DNA of 41,199 nt. It comes from an uncultured Mycoplasmatota bacterium (GTDB taxonomy: Bacteria; Bacillota_I; Bacilli_A; RF39; UBA660). A program made the position numbers and the translations under genes. Positions 1-9,106 of the stretch are shown one piece after another. Position 1 is the stretch's first letter. Every line of letters begins with the position of its first letter. The notes beneath the pieces were generated by a model, which was given only the letters and a program-made list of their open reading frames with translations, was not told the DNA's origin and ran no database searches. The stretch covers positions 1 through 41,199 of the forward strand of contig CAMNAC010000002.1 of assembly GCA_946530475.1 (NCBI GenBank), read 5' to 3'.

Positions 1-151
1 CTTTTGTAATTCCGTAAGCAGAATCTTTAAAACTATTCTTTCTAGCATTATTAATCACATTCATAATTAATGGGGTTGCGATTAATGCGATCACTGCAAG
101 TATTACGATGACTGCTAAAAGTTCTATAAGTGTAAATCCTTTTTTCTTCAT
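1..151 (-). CDS. Prepilin-type N-terminal domain protein (type IV pilin / competence pseudopilin-like). Only the 5' part is in the window; the gene continues past position 1.
   Basis: Reverse translation from the ATG at 149-151 gives MKKKGFTLIELLAVIVILAVIALIATPLIMNVINNARKNSFKDSAYGITK. This is the class III signal peptide G|FTLIE plus hydrophobic helix. It is not in the ORF track because it is truncated. Confidence 0.8.
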   Translation of the reverse strand, partial: MKKKGFTLIELLAVIVILAVIALIATPLIMNVINNARKNSFKDSAYGITK

Positions 152-176
152 TTTTTCCCTACTTTCTATCACTTAA

Positions 177-205
177 ATCATAACATTTTATTCCTAAGCA
201 TTCAA
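177..205 (-). promoter_or_regulatory. Sigma-A-type promoter for the pilin-like gene
   Basis: Minus strand reads TTGAAT-17 nt-TATGAT with TGn immediately upstream of the -10. Confidence 0.4.
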
Positions 206-236
206 TGAATCTTTTTTAAAAAGACAATTTGTTTAC

Positions 237-260
237 AAAAAAAATGACCTAAGTCATTTT
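237..260 (-). terminator. Rho-independent terminator after aspS
   Basis: Minus strand AAAATGAC-TTAG-GTCATTTT followed by a U-run. The hairpin overlaps the aspS stop codon. Confidence 0.6.
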
Positions 261-1993
261 AATTTGATTCCTAATTCTTTTAATTGTCTTTCATCTACTG
301 TATTTGGTGCTTCACTCATTAAATCAGAGGCACTTGCTGTTTTAGGGAATGCAATTACATCACGTACATTTTCAGTTCCTGATAAAATCATAATTAAACG
401 ATCTAATCCAATTCCTACTCCACCATGAGGAGGAGTTCCATATTGGAAGGCTTCTAAGAAGAAACCGAATTTTTGTTTTGCTTCTTCTAATGTCATACCA
501 ATCGCTTCAAATACTTTTTCTTGAAGCTCTTGATCATGAATACGAATCGAACCAGATAGAAGTTCATATCCATTTAAAACTAAGTCATATGCTCTTGAAA
601 AACAATGTTCTTGATCTGTAAATAGTTTATCTACATCTTCTAAATTAGGAGAAGTAAATGGATGATGCGCAGCTACATATCTTTGTTCTTCTTCACTATA
701 TTCAAACATTGGGAAGTTTGTAACCCATAAGAATTTATATTCATTTTCATCAATTAGATGACATTCATGCGCAAGTTTTACACGAAGAGCTCCTAAAGCT
801 GTTTTGACAACTTTGTATTGATCTGCAATGACAAATACCAAATCATTTTCTTCTAATTTTAAAGTACTTATTAAAGACTCTTTTTCTTTATCTGATAATA
901 CTTTACTAATGGAACCTGTTAACTCCTTATTTTGTACTTTTAAATAAGATAATGCTTTTGCGCCATAGATTTTAACAAACTCTGTTAACTCTTCTATTTT
1001 TTTTCTAGAATAATCTTCTGCATGATTTTTTAATACAATGGCATTGATGATTCCTTTTTCTTTTAAGATATTGGAAAATACTTGAAATTCGGTGTTTTTG
1101 AATATAGAACTGATTTCTTCTATTTCCATTTTAAATCTTAAGTCTGGTTTATCACTTCCAAAACGGTTCATACAATCGGTATAAGAAATTCTTTCAAATT
1201 TTGGTAAATCGATTCCTTTGATTTCTTGAAATATTTTTTTCATTAAGTTTTTTATTAAATTCCAAATATCTTCTTCTTCAATAAAACTCATTTCGATATC
1301 GATTTGAGTAAATTCAGGTTGTCTATCTGCTCTTAAGTCTTCATCACGGAAACATCTTGCGATTTGGAAGTACTTTTCCATTCCACCAATCATTAAAAGT
1401 TGTTTATAGATTTGAGGAGATTGAGGAAGTGCATAGAATCTACCATTAAAAATACGACTTGGTACCAAGTAATCTCTTGCTCCTTCAGGAGTGGATTTAC
1501 AAAGAATTGGGGTTTCTACTTCCACAAATCCAAGACTTGATAAATAGTTCCTGATTAGTAACATAACTTGATGTCTTAAGATTAATTTGTTTTTAATTGG
1601 ATCTCTTCTGATATCCAAATAACGATATTTTAATCTCGTATCTTCTAAAGCCGTCACATCATCTGCAATTTCAAAAGGTAAATCAATAGAAGAATTGATG
1701 ATTTTTAAATTTGATACTTCACATTCGATATCACCAGTTGGAACATTTTTATTTTTGGATTCTCTTTCTACAATAGTACCTTCTACCTCAATTACATACT
1801 CATTTTTTAAAGATTCTGCTTCTTTATAACATTTATCTTCTGGGCGGATTACAAGTTGAATAATTCCACTACGGTCTCTTAAATCAATAAATAGAAGACC
1901 TCCTAGATTTCTTTTTTTAGAAACCCATCCCTTTAAAGTTACTTTCTCTCCTACATTTGAAATACGAAAAGATCCGTTTTCATATTTTTTCAT
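254..1993 (-). CDS. aspS: Aspartate--tRNA ligase
   Basis: 579-aa ORF with an N-terminal OB domain (GWVSKKRNLGGLLFIDLRDRSG) and class II motifs FRDEDLRADRQPEFTQID and GGVGIGLDRL. It lies downstream of hisS, as in Bacillus. Confidence 0.97.
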   Translation of the reverse strand: MKKYENGSFRISNVGEKVTLKGWVSKKRNLGGLLFIDLRDRSGIIQLVIRPEDKCYKEAESLKNEYVIEVEGTIVERESKNKNVPTGDIECEVSNLKIINSSIDLPFEIADDVTALEDTRLKYRYLDIRRDPIKNKLILRHQVMLLIRNYLSSLGFVEVETPILCKSTPEGARDYLVPSRIFNGRFYALPQSPQIYKQLLMIGGMEKYFQIARCFRDEDLRADRQPEFTQIDIEMSFIEEEDIWNLIKNLMKKIFQEIKGIDLPKFERISYTDCMNRFGSDKPDLRFKMEIEEISSIFKNTEFQVFSNILKEKGIINAIVLKNHAEDYSRKKIEELTEFVKIYGAKALSYLKVQNKELTGSISKVLSDKEKESLISTLKLEENDLVFVIADQYKVVKTALGALRVKLAHECHLIDENEYKFLWVTNFPMFEYSEEEQRYVAAHHPFTSPNLEDVDKLFTDQEHCFSRAYDLVLNGYELLSGSIRIHDQELQEKVFEAIGMTLEEAKQKFGFFLEAFQYGTPPHGGVGIGLDRLIMILSGTENVRDVIAFPKTASASDLMSEAPNTVDERQLKELGIKLK

Positions 1994-2391
1994 AAATGTC
2001 TTCCTTCTTCCTTTTTATTAAAATTTAATTCGTTAAGTTCATCAATTAATTTTTGTTGCTTTTCCGTTAAAGATTCTCTTTCTGTGAACAAAAATGCATA
2101 TCCTATCTCTGCTTGAATGGAATTTTCAGAATAAGCAAAGAAATGATGGTTATGGATTAATTCCATATAAGCCATAATATTATATTCGAGTTTATCTTTT
2201 GCATTTAACTGAATGTTTCTGTGACGAAACCATTCTCCAGACCAATCCTCATGTTTCATAAGTCCTAAAGTTTCATCTGTAAAACCTCTTACACGATAAA
2301 AATTTCCTTCTGGTGTGATAAACCCGTTATATCCAACCATATCTTCTATGTTATGATACAAATGAAAATCACATGCTTGATTCGTGGTCAT
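1990..2391 (-). CDS. Hypothetical 133-aa protein inserted between hisS and aspS
   Basis: Open frame with GAGGAG upstream of the ATG at 2389-2391 (MTTNQACDF...). That start overlaps the hisS 3' end, and the stop overlaps the aspS start as ATGA. I recognise no family. Confidence 0.55.
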   Translation of the reverse strand: MTTNQACDFHLYHNIEDMVGYNGFITPEGNFYRVRGFTDETLGLMKHEDWSGEWFRHRNIQLNAKDKLEYNIMAYMELIHNHHFFAYSENSIQAEIGYAFLFTERESLTEKQQKLIDELNELNFNKKEEGRHL

Positions 2392-3700
2392 GAGTATGAC
2401 ACTCCTCTTCAAAATGATCATCTATTTCAAAATCTTGTAATTTTTCGTCTAAGAAATTTACTAAATATTCATTGTCAACTTTAAATTCTTCTTTGGTTTT
2501 ATTATTTTTAATCGTTAACACTTCATTATCAATTTCTTCTTCTCCAACTAATATTACAAATTTTGCATCTAAACGATCCGCTTGTTTAAAGTTTCCTTTT
2601 AAAGCACGATTACAGTCATCCATTTCTACTTTAAACCCATTCATACGAAGTACCTGCATTGTATAAAAGCAAAAACTCTTTTCATTTTCACTCATCGGAA
2701 TTAAATAAGCATCAATTCCTTCTTCAATTGGAAGTTTAATCTCTTCACTTTCAATTGCGGAAAGAAGTCTTTCTAAACCTAACGCAAATCCAACACCAGG
2801 AGTATCAGGCCCACCAATTTGTTCTACTAAATGGTCATATCTTCCACCACCACATAAAACATTTTGACTGCCAAAACCTTTGATATCCGCTTCTACTTCA
2901 AATACCGTATGTGTATAATAATCAAGTCCTCTTACTAGATTTGGGTTTTCATGATATGGTATGCACATTAAATCTAAGTATTCTTTTACTTTTTCATAGT
3001 GGTTTTTACTTGTTTCATTTAAATAATCGATCATTTTAGGAGCGTGTTTCATGCATTCTTTCGAAGCATCTACTTTACAATCTAGAATTCTTAAAGGATT
3101 TTTTTCAAAACGATTCTTACAATCTTCACATAAATCATTCAAATATGGTTTAAAATACTCTTTTAAAGCTGTTCTGTATGCATCTCTTGATTCTTTATCT
3201 CCTAGACTATTAATATTTACTTTGATCCCTTTTAAACCAATTAATTTATAAAAGTTAACTGGAATACTAATGACTTCTGCATCTAATAATGGATCAGAAC
3301 CACCAAATACTTCTACTCCGAATTGATAAAACTCACGAAATCTACCAGATTGTGGTCTTTCATAACGGTACATTGGCCCATAATACCAAGTTTTAATTGG
3401 TTGATTTGGATCTGCATACATTTTGTTTTCAATAAATGAACGAACTACACCAGCAGTACCTTCTGGTCTAAGAGTCATATTTCTATCTCCACGATCTTTA
3501 AAATCATAAGTTTCTTTACTTACAATATCAGTTGTTTCTCCTACGCCTCTATGAAATAGTTCAGTAGACTCAAATAATGGAGTTCTTACATATTGGTAAT
3601 GATATTTTTCCATTAAACTTTTCATTAGGTTTTCTAAATAACTAATTTGTTCTCCTTTGTATCCATAAACATCATAAGTTCCTTTTGGTTTTTGTATCAT
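2369..3700 (-). CDS. hisS: Histidine--tRNA ligase
   Basis: 443-aa ORF with HisRS signatures (PKGTYD, YRYERPQSGRFREFYQFG, GGGRYD). Preceded by a T-box leader. Confidence 0.97.
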   Translation of the reverse strand: MIQKPKGTYDVYGYKGEQISYLENLMKSLMEKYHYQYVRTPLFESTELFHRGVGETTDIVSKETYDFKDRGDRNMTLRPEGTAGVVRSFIENKMYADPNQPIKTWYYGPMYRYERPQSGRFREFYQFGVEVFGGSDPLLDAEVISIPVNFYKLIGLKGIKVNINSLGDKESRDAYRTALKEYFKPYLNDLCEDCKNRFEKNPLRILDCKVDASKECMKHAPKMIDYLNETSKNHYEKVKEYLDLMCIPYHENPNLVRGLDYYTHTVFEVEADIKGFGSQNVLCGGGRYDHLVEQIGGPDTPGVGFALGLERLLSAIESEEIKLPIEEGIDAYLIPMSENEKSFCFYTMQVLRMNGFKVEMDDCNRALKGNFKQADRLDAKFVILVGEEEIDNEVLTIKNNKTKEEFKVDNEYLVNFLDEKLQDFEIDDHFEEECHTHDHESSM

Positions 3701-3704
3701 ATTA

Positions 3705-3915
3705 ACCCTTCTTTCTAATAAAAAAAGACCTAAGATTTAAGGACGGATATTCCGCGGTACCACCTTAATTCATAGAATCTCTATGCACTTATTCTTTAAC
3801 GCAGAAATACGTTTATTTAAAGTTTGGTGTCTTCTAAAAAAATAATCTCTATGTTTTCACCAACCACATAGTCTCTAAAAATATATTTTTTTATACTCTT
3901 CCAAACAAATAATAT
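3705..3915 (-). promoter_or_regulatory. T-box riboswitch leader of the hisS-orf-aspS operon
   Basis: Minus strand contains the conserved T-box AAGGTGGTACCGCGGAA (plus-strand 3752-3764 region) followed by a U-run before the RBS. Upstream are stem I elements (AGAGA boxes flanking a CTATG...GGTGAAAA...CATAG hairpin, with a GTTTGG/CCAAAC basal helix). The specifier-loop sequence is GAAGACAC. Confidence 0.75.
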
Positions 3916-3921
3916 ACAGGT

Positions 3922-3950
3922 ATTATAACATTATTAAATCGAAATAGCAA
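3922..3950 (-). promoter_or_regulatory. Sigma-A promoter of the T-box leader
   Basis: Minus strand TTGCTA-17 nt-TATAAT with an extended TGn (TGTTATAAT). Confidence 0.6.
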
Positions 3951-3965
3951 TGAAACTGTAAAGAA

Positions 3966-4430
3966 TTATCGAAAATTCATAATAATTGTTAAAAAAATTA
4001 TTGAAATTAAAATAGCAAATATATCTTTAAAGTTAAAAAAAGATAGAATAAATTTTTTTGTAATAACTGTCTCCTGAATAGCCTCGTTTTCACGCAAATA
4101 TTTTTTGTAATCTAAGACTTTCAAAAAAATAAAAAGTAACAATGCAAAAACAAGCTGCATAATATCTATGTTGCGAGCTATCGTTTTACTTGTAAATTGC
4201 AATACAATCAACAATAAAGTTATCACAAGTATTGAATATTCAAGCAAAACTGCATGTCTATAATACTTGGAATTTTTTTTCTTTTCTTTGAAGCCACATT
4301 GTTCACAAATAGTCGAATTACGTGATATAAAATATCCACAGTGTGGGCACTTTTTTCTTGGCGTCATACAATTTGGACAATAACTTGACATTTCGTTTTC
4401 AAATTCCGCTCCACAATGATCACATTTCAT
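3966..4430 (-). CDS. Zinc-ribbon domain membrane protein
   Basis: 154 aa. The N-terminus has three CxxC pairs (CDHCG, CPNC, CPHCG...CEQCG), followed by hydrophobic helices. Confidence 0.7.
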   Translation of the reverse strand: MKCDHCGAEFENEMSSYCPNCMTPRKKCPHCGYFISRNSTICEQCGFKEKKKNSKYYRHAVLLEYSILVITLLLIVLQFTSKTIARNIDIMQLVFALLLFIFLKVLDYKKYLRENEAIQETVITKKFILSFFNFKDIFAILISIIFLTIIMNFR

Positions 4431-4456
4431 CTTATCACCTACTCTATAATTAATTT
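4422..4456 (-). repeat. Copy 1 of a duplicated start/5'-leader segment
   Basis: Nearly identical to 4970-5004: minus strand AAATTAATTATAGAGTAGGTGATAA-N-ATGAAATGT. Confidence 0.8.
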
Positions 4457-4507
4457 CATGAAGTTTAGTTTATTAAGTTTTAAAGATTTATACATATAAG
4501 TTAATCT

Positions 4508-4978
4508 TTACTGTAAGGGCTCCCCGCACGCGATACAGTATTTCTGCCCTTCGTTTGTATATTCAGTACCACATTTTTTACATTTTTTCTTCATATTAGA
4601 ATCATCGTGCTTTCTTTTTAAAAATACATATGTAGCAAGAAATCTAATGATAGCACTTATAATAATGTAAGGTAAAAATGCAATGAATACATATATTATC
4701 AGTGACGGGTTAAATCCTGCAAAAGGGATAATCAGAACTGCGACAACCACAAACATAATGATGATAGGCATTGATAGCAAACCGCCAGCCATCGCATTAT
4801 CTTTTTGTTGTTGCTTTTTTCTTTTAGATTTTGATAAAGGCGTACCACACTTAAGGCAAACTCTATCATTGTCAGTATTAATCTTCCCACATAAATGGCA
4901 TTTCAATAATTCAGCGCCACAATTCGTACAAAAAGTATCTTTTTCATTAAAATCATTCCCACAATTTGGACATTTCAT
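4508..4978 (-). CDS. Zinc-ribbon domain membrane protein, tandem paralogue of 3966-4430
   Basis: 156 aa. Double zinc ribbon at the N-terminus (CPNCG...CTNCG, CHLCG...CLKCG), two to three TM helices, and another zinc ribbon at the C-terminus (CKKCG...CIACG). Confidence 0.7.
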   Translation of the reverse strand: MKCPNCGNDFNEKDTFCTNCGAELLKCHLCGKINTDNDRVCLKCGTPLSKSKRKKQQQKDNAMAGGLLSMPIIIMFVVVAVLIIPFAGFNPSLIIYVFIAFLPYIIISAIIRFLATYVFLKRKHDDSNMKKKCKKCGTEYTNEGQKYCIACGEPLQ

Positions 4979-5004
4979 TTTATCACCTACTCTATAATTA
5001 ATTT
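4970..5004 (-). repeat. Copy 2 of the duplicated start/5'-leader segment
   Basis: See 4422-4456; differs at a single position. Confidence 0.8.
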
Positions 5005-5057
5005 ACCATAGATTTTTAAATTATAAAACTAAGTTTTTATATATTTTACAAAACTAT

Positions 5058-5086
5058 ACAAAAAAAGAAAGAACTAGTCTTTCTTT
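5058..5086 (-). terminator. Rho-independent terminator after the AI-2E transporter gene
   Basis: Minus strand AAAGAAAGA-CTAGT-TCTTTCTTT followed by TTTT. The stop codon lies in the loop. Confidence 0.6.
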
Positions 5087-6135
5087 AGTTTCATATCTTC
5101 TAATTTATCATAGATATCTTCTTTATAGAAATTATAAGTAGTAATTAGAATAATGGCGATTGGAAGAGATGTTACAATTCCAAAAACTCCCATCAATATT
5201 CCACCTGCAGATACCGACATAATGGCGATAACTGGATGAACTTTATTTGTTTTTCCATATACAAATGGATTAATGACATATCCATCAACATTGGATAGAA
5301 TAACAAATGTTATGAGTGTTCGAAAGAACAATGCAGGACTAATTACAAATGCAGTAATTGCGGCAACGCAGTTGGAAATAATTCCTCCAAAATATGGGAT
5401 TAAATTCATTACAGCTGCGAGAACCCCTAATAGTAACGCATTTGGATGTCCGATAATCGTATATACAACAGAATACTCTACTAATGTAATTGCCATAATT
5501 TTAAAGAATCCTGATAAATAAGAGTGCATTTCTTTATCCAAAGATTTTACATATAAATAAGATTTTTTGGAATGATTTAAGAAAAATTTCTTTGCTCTTT
5601 TACGAATCGAATCCATATCAATCAATAGATAAACTGCGATGGAAAATGAAATTGCGACTTTGGCAAGTAAAGAAAGGGAGGTTCCAATAATATTGATAGC
5701 TCCATCACTTACATATTTTCCCATGTTTTTGATAATATCATTAAATGCAGCTTTTAGAGTTTCCTGTAAGGAACCTAAATTCAAATCATATTTGGTAGAG
5801 ATCTCTTTTACAAATACTAATATATTATTTAATAAACTTGTCGTTTGAGAAACTAAGAGTGGTACTACTAAGCCAATTAATAAAGCAAATACTGCGACAA
5901 CTAAACATACCATGATTAGTACCGCAAATCCTTTTGGTATCTTCTTTTTTTCTAAGTATTTCACTCCTGGATGCATTGCATAAGCAACTACAAATGCAAA
6001 AAAGAATGGAAGAAAAATCGATACAAACTTATGAAAAACTCCTAACCATAAACTTCCTGTTTGATACATTAAATAAACAATTAATGTAATAATCGCAAAA
6101 TTAATTAATTTAAAATCCAATTTGTTTTTAATCAT
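5074..6135 (-). CDS. AI-2E family transporter (PerM/YtvI-like permease)
   Basis: 353-aa polytopic membrane protein with the size and helix layout typical of the family. The start overlaps the dtd stop by 8 nt. Confidence 0.8.
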   Translation of the reverse strand: MIKNKLDFKLINFAIITLIVYLMYQTGSLWLGVFHKFVSIFLPFFFAFVVAYAMHPGVKYLEKKKIPKGFAVLIMVCLVVAVFALLIGLVVPLLVSQTTSLLNNILVFVKEISTKYDLNLGSLQETLKAAFNDIIKNMGKYVSDGAINIIGTSLSLLAKVAISFSIAVYLLIDMDSIRKRAKKFFLNHSKKSYLYVKSLDKEMHSYLSGFFKIMAITLVEYSVVYTIIGHPNALLLGVLAAVMNLIPYFGGIISNCVAAITAFVISPALFFRTLITFVILSNVDGYVINPFVYGKTNKVHPVIAIMSVSAGGILMGVFGIVTSLPIAIILITTYNFYKEDIYDKLEDMKLKKD

Positions 6136-6577
6136 AAGATTCCCTACTTTCTAAAAGTATGGTGACAGGTCCATCATTGGTAATGGAAACTTTCATGTCT
6201 GCCCCAAAAACCCCAGTTTCTACTTTTACAAATTCTTTTAATTTTTGATTGAATAAGTCATATAACGGTTTTGCTTCCTCACTTTTTAAAGCTTTTATAT
6301 AACTAGGTCTTCTTCCTTTTTTGGTATCTGCATATAACGTAAATTGAGAAATACTTAAAATGCTTCCACCTTGATCCAAAAGAGACTGATTCATCACACC
6401 ATTTTCATCATCAAAAATTCTTAAATGAAGAATTTTGTCAACCAAATAGTCAATGTCTTTTTCTTCATCTTTATAAGTAAATCCTACTAAAATAACCAAT
6501 CCTTTGTCAATACTTCCTACTTTTTTTCCATTAATTGACACTTCAGAGTGTAAACTTCTCTGTAAAACAGCTCTCAT
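6128..6577 (-). CDS. dtd: D-aminoacyl-tRNA deacylase
   Basis: 149 aa, MRAVLQR... with the SQFTLYADTKKGRRPS signature. Sits directly downstream of relA, as in Bacillus. Confidence 0.95.
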   Translation of the reverse strand: MRAVLQRSLHSEVSINGKKVGSIDKGLVILVGFTYKDEEKDIDYLVDKILHLRIFDDENGVMNQSLLDQGGSILSISQFTLYADTKKGRRPSYIKALKSEEAKPLYDLFNQKLKEFVKVETGVFGADMKVSITNDGPVTILLESRESYD

Positions 6578-8739
6578 TATTTCACTATTCTTTCTATATT
6601 TAAAATATCAGGTATTTGTTCTAAATCTTTTATGATTTTTTGGAGTTGTTCTAAATTCTCTACTATAATTACTAATTCATATAGATTGTTTTCAGAAGAA
6701 GAAAGTGTATTAATGGATTGAATTTGAACTTCTGTATTGGACATTTTTGCTAAAATACCCATAAAAATGTTTTTCCCTTCTCTGCTTTGTACAAGCAATG
6801 TAGAAGCATATTTTTTCTTGGTTTCTTGATTCCATTCCACTTCAATAATTCGTTCTTCTACATCACTAATATTTGGACAAATAGAACGATGGATACTAAC
6901 CCCATTCCCTTTTGTAATATATCCTACAATATGATCTCCTGGAACTGGTCTACAACAAGATGCAATATTCGTTTTGATTTTGTCAATTCCCTTTACGATA
7001 ATATCATCTTCTGTATTAATAGATATTTCTTTTTTCTGGGTTACTTTTTTTAAGATTAGCTCTTCTTTTGAAGGCGTATCTTCTAATAGGAAATGAAAGA
7101 TTTGAGAAACAGGTAATTTATTATTTCCAATGTTAATTAATAATTCATCTAATGTATTATATTTAAATTCTTTTAAGATTTTATCAATATTCTCATTTTG
7201 AAAGAATTGGGATTGCGATATTTTTCGCTTTTTCAATTCTTTGTTTAGAATTTCATCGCCATTTTTTAAGTAACGTTCTTTGCTGGTTCTGTTAAAAAAT
7301 CCTTTGATTTTATTTCTTGCTTGTGCAGTTCTTGCAATGCTAAGCCATTCTTGACTAGGACCAGAAGAATTTTTATTGGTATTGATTTTAACAATGTCAT
7401 TGGTTTTTAATTCATAATCCAAAGGAACAATAGATCCGTTTACAATAGCTCCAACCATCTTATCTCCTACATTGGAATGTACACGGTAAGCAAAATCAAT
7501 TGGAGTAGATCCTTGTGGTAATTCGATAACATCTCCATTTGGAGTAAATACATATACATTTTCATTTAATACTTCATCTTGTACATTTTGAACGAAATCT
7601 TCTTCATTCGATGACTCTTTGATTTCCATCAAAGAACGGAAAAATTGGAGTTTCTTTTCCATTGTATCTTGCATTTCTGCTTTCACACTTCCATGTTCTT
7701 TATAAGACCAATGAGAAGCAATTCCTCTTTCTGCTATCTCATCCATTTCATAGGTACGAATTTGAATTTCAAAGATATGTTCATCGACTCCAAATACCGT
7801 TGTATGTAGGGATTGATACATATTCGTTTTAGGCATTGCGATATAGTCTTTAAAGCGTCTTGGGATTGGTTTGAATTTTCCATGGATAATCCCCAATACT
7901 TGATAACATTCTTGTTCGGTATTTACATAAACACGAAGTGCGTATAAGTCATATATTTCACTAAATTTTTTCCCTTTATCTAGTTTTTTATAGATACTAT
8001 AAATACTTTTACTTCTACCTTTTATTTTATATTTAATATGATTTTCATCCAATAGTTTTGACACTGCTTCTATCATATCTTTAACCGCTTGATCACGATC
8101 TAATTTGGTTTCATTTAAGGCTTCTACAATTGAAAAATAAACATCTGGTTTATAATATCTTAAACTTAAATCTTCTAATTCACTTTTAAAAGAATTCATA
8201 CCAAGCCTAGAAGCAATTGGCACTAAAATATCTAAGGTTTCTTTTGCTTTTTCTTTTCTACTTTCCTCTGGAATTGCCCAAAGAGTTCTCATATTATGAA
8301 GACGGTCTGCGAATTTGATAATAATAACTCTGACGTCTTCGGAAAGTCCTACTAATATTTTACGATTGTTTTCTTGAATCGATTTTGTTTCACCATTAAA
8401 CGACAACTTATTTATAACCGTTACTCCATCTACTAAAGAAGCAACTTCTGTTCCAAATCGTTTTTCTAATTCCTCTTTTGTGATAGTACCTCTTTCTAAA
8501 ACATCATGTAAAAGACCTGCACAAATGGTTTTGGAATCAGCATTAATCTCTGCCAAAATATAAGCAATATTTAAAGGGTGAACAATATAATCTTCTCCCG
8601 ATAAACGCTTTTCTCCCAAATGGAATTCTTTGGTAAACTGATACGCAGATTCAATTTCTTCTATTTCTTCTTTATTTAAATAAGAAGCAAGTTTCTTCTT
8701 TAATTCTTCAAATGTTAAATGATTGTTCTTCTTTGTCAT
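6577..8739 (-). CDS. relA: Bifunctional (p)ppGpp synthetase/hydrolase
   Basis: 720 aa. HD hydrolase domain (HPLNIAYIL...LHDVLE...RLHNMRT), synthetase domain (YQSLHTTV), and TGS and ACT-like C-terminal domains. Confidence 0.95.
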   Translation of the reverse strand: MTKKNNHLTFEELKKKLASYLNKEEIEEIESAYQFTKEFHLGEKRLSGEDYIVHPLNIAYILAEINADSKTICAGLLHDVLERGTITKEELEKRFGTEVASLVDGVTVINKLSFNGETKSIQENNRKILVGLSEDVRVIIIKFADRLHNMRTLWAIPEESRKEKAKETLDILVPIASRLGMNSFKSELEDLSLRYYKPDVYFSIVEALNETKLDRDQAVKDMIEAVSKLLDENHIKYKIKGRSKSIYSIYKKLDKGKKFSEIYDLYALRVYVNTEQECYQVLGIIHGKFKPIPRRFKDYIAMPKTNMYQSLHTTVFGVDEHIFEIQIRTYEMDEIAERGIASHWSYKEHGSVKAEMQDTMEKKLQFFRSLMEIKESSNEEDFVQNVQDEVLNENVYVFTPNGDVIELPQGSTPIDFAYRVHSNVGDKMVGAIVNGSIVPLDYELKTNDIVKINTNKNSSGPSQEWLSIARTAQARNKIKGFFNRTSKERYLKNGDEILNKELKKRKISQSQFFQNENIDKILKEFKYNTLDELLINIGNNKLPVSQIFHFLLEDTPSKEELILKKVTQKKEISINTEDDIIVKGIDKIKTNIASCCRPVPGDHIVGYITKGNGVSIHRSICPNISDVEERIIEVEWNQETKKKYASTLLVQSREGKNIFMGILAKMSNTEVQIQSINTLSSSENNLYELVIIVENLEQLQKIIKDLEQIPDILNIERIVK

Positions 8740-8750
8740 GTTTCATCCTT

Positions 8751-9023
8751 CTAGTCTTCTAAATTAATTGGCCTATTTTCTTTTTTTAATTTTTCTTTCA
8801 TATAAAAGTCAATATATGATGCATCCACATTTAAAATATCGTTGATCATCTCTGATAATTCTAAATTTTTTCCTTTTTTCCATTTACTTTCTTTTAAATA
8901 ATTCCATATATCTTCTTCTTTTATATAGGAGATTCCAAGTCTTTTCATTTCTCTTGTTTTTGTTCGAAGAGCAGGAAGTACTCTTTCATATAATTCTTTG
9001 ATACTTTGAAATTCGATTTCCAT
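8751..9023 (-). CDS. ComN/YrzD-like post-transcriptional regulator family protein
   Basis: 90 aa. The pattern LPALRTKTREMKRLGISYIKEEDIWNYLKESKWKK resembles the ComN family as I recall it. Its position next to relA and spoVB matches B. subtilis yrzD. Confidence 0.5.
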   Translation of the reverse strand: MEIEFQSIKELYERVLPALRTKTREMKRLGISYIKEEDIWNYLKESKWKKGKNLELSEMINDILNVDASYIDFYMKEKLKKENRPINLED

Positions 9024-9081
9024 GTCATCACCTTCTTTTTATATTATATCAAATTATTCTCATTTAAAAAATATTAGAAAG

Positions 9082-9106
9082 AAAAAAATATGGGATTTCC
9101 ATATTT
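9082..9106 (-). terminator. Rho-independent terminator after the 272-aa ORF
   Basis: Minus strand ATATGG-AAATC-CCATAT followed by TTTTTTT. Confidence 0.6.

Noticed and set aside
2369-2400. Cys/His-rich C-terminal tail of HisRS (EECHTHDHESSM) as a metal-binding extension
   Set aside because: It is very short and lies in the region overlapping the next ORF. There is no way to support a function from sequence alone.
4432-5004. The 25-35-nt repeat upstream of the zinc-ribbon genes as a MITE or other mobile repeat
   Set aside because: There are only two copies. Each is contiguous with the conserved start of a paralogous gene, which is best explained by tandem gene duplication.
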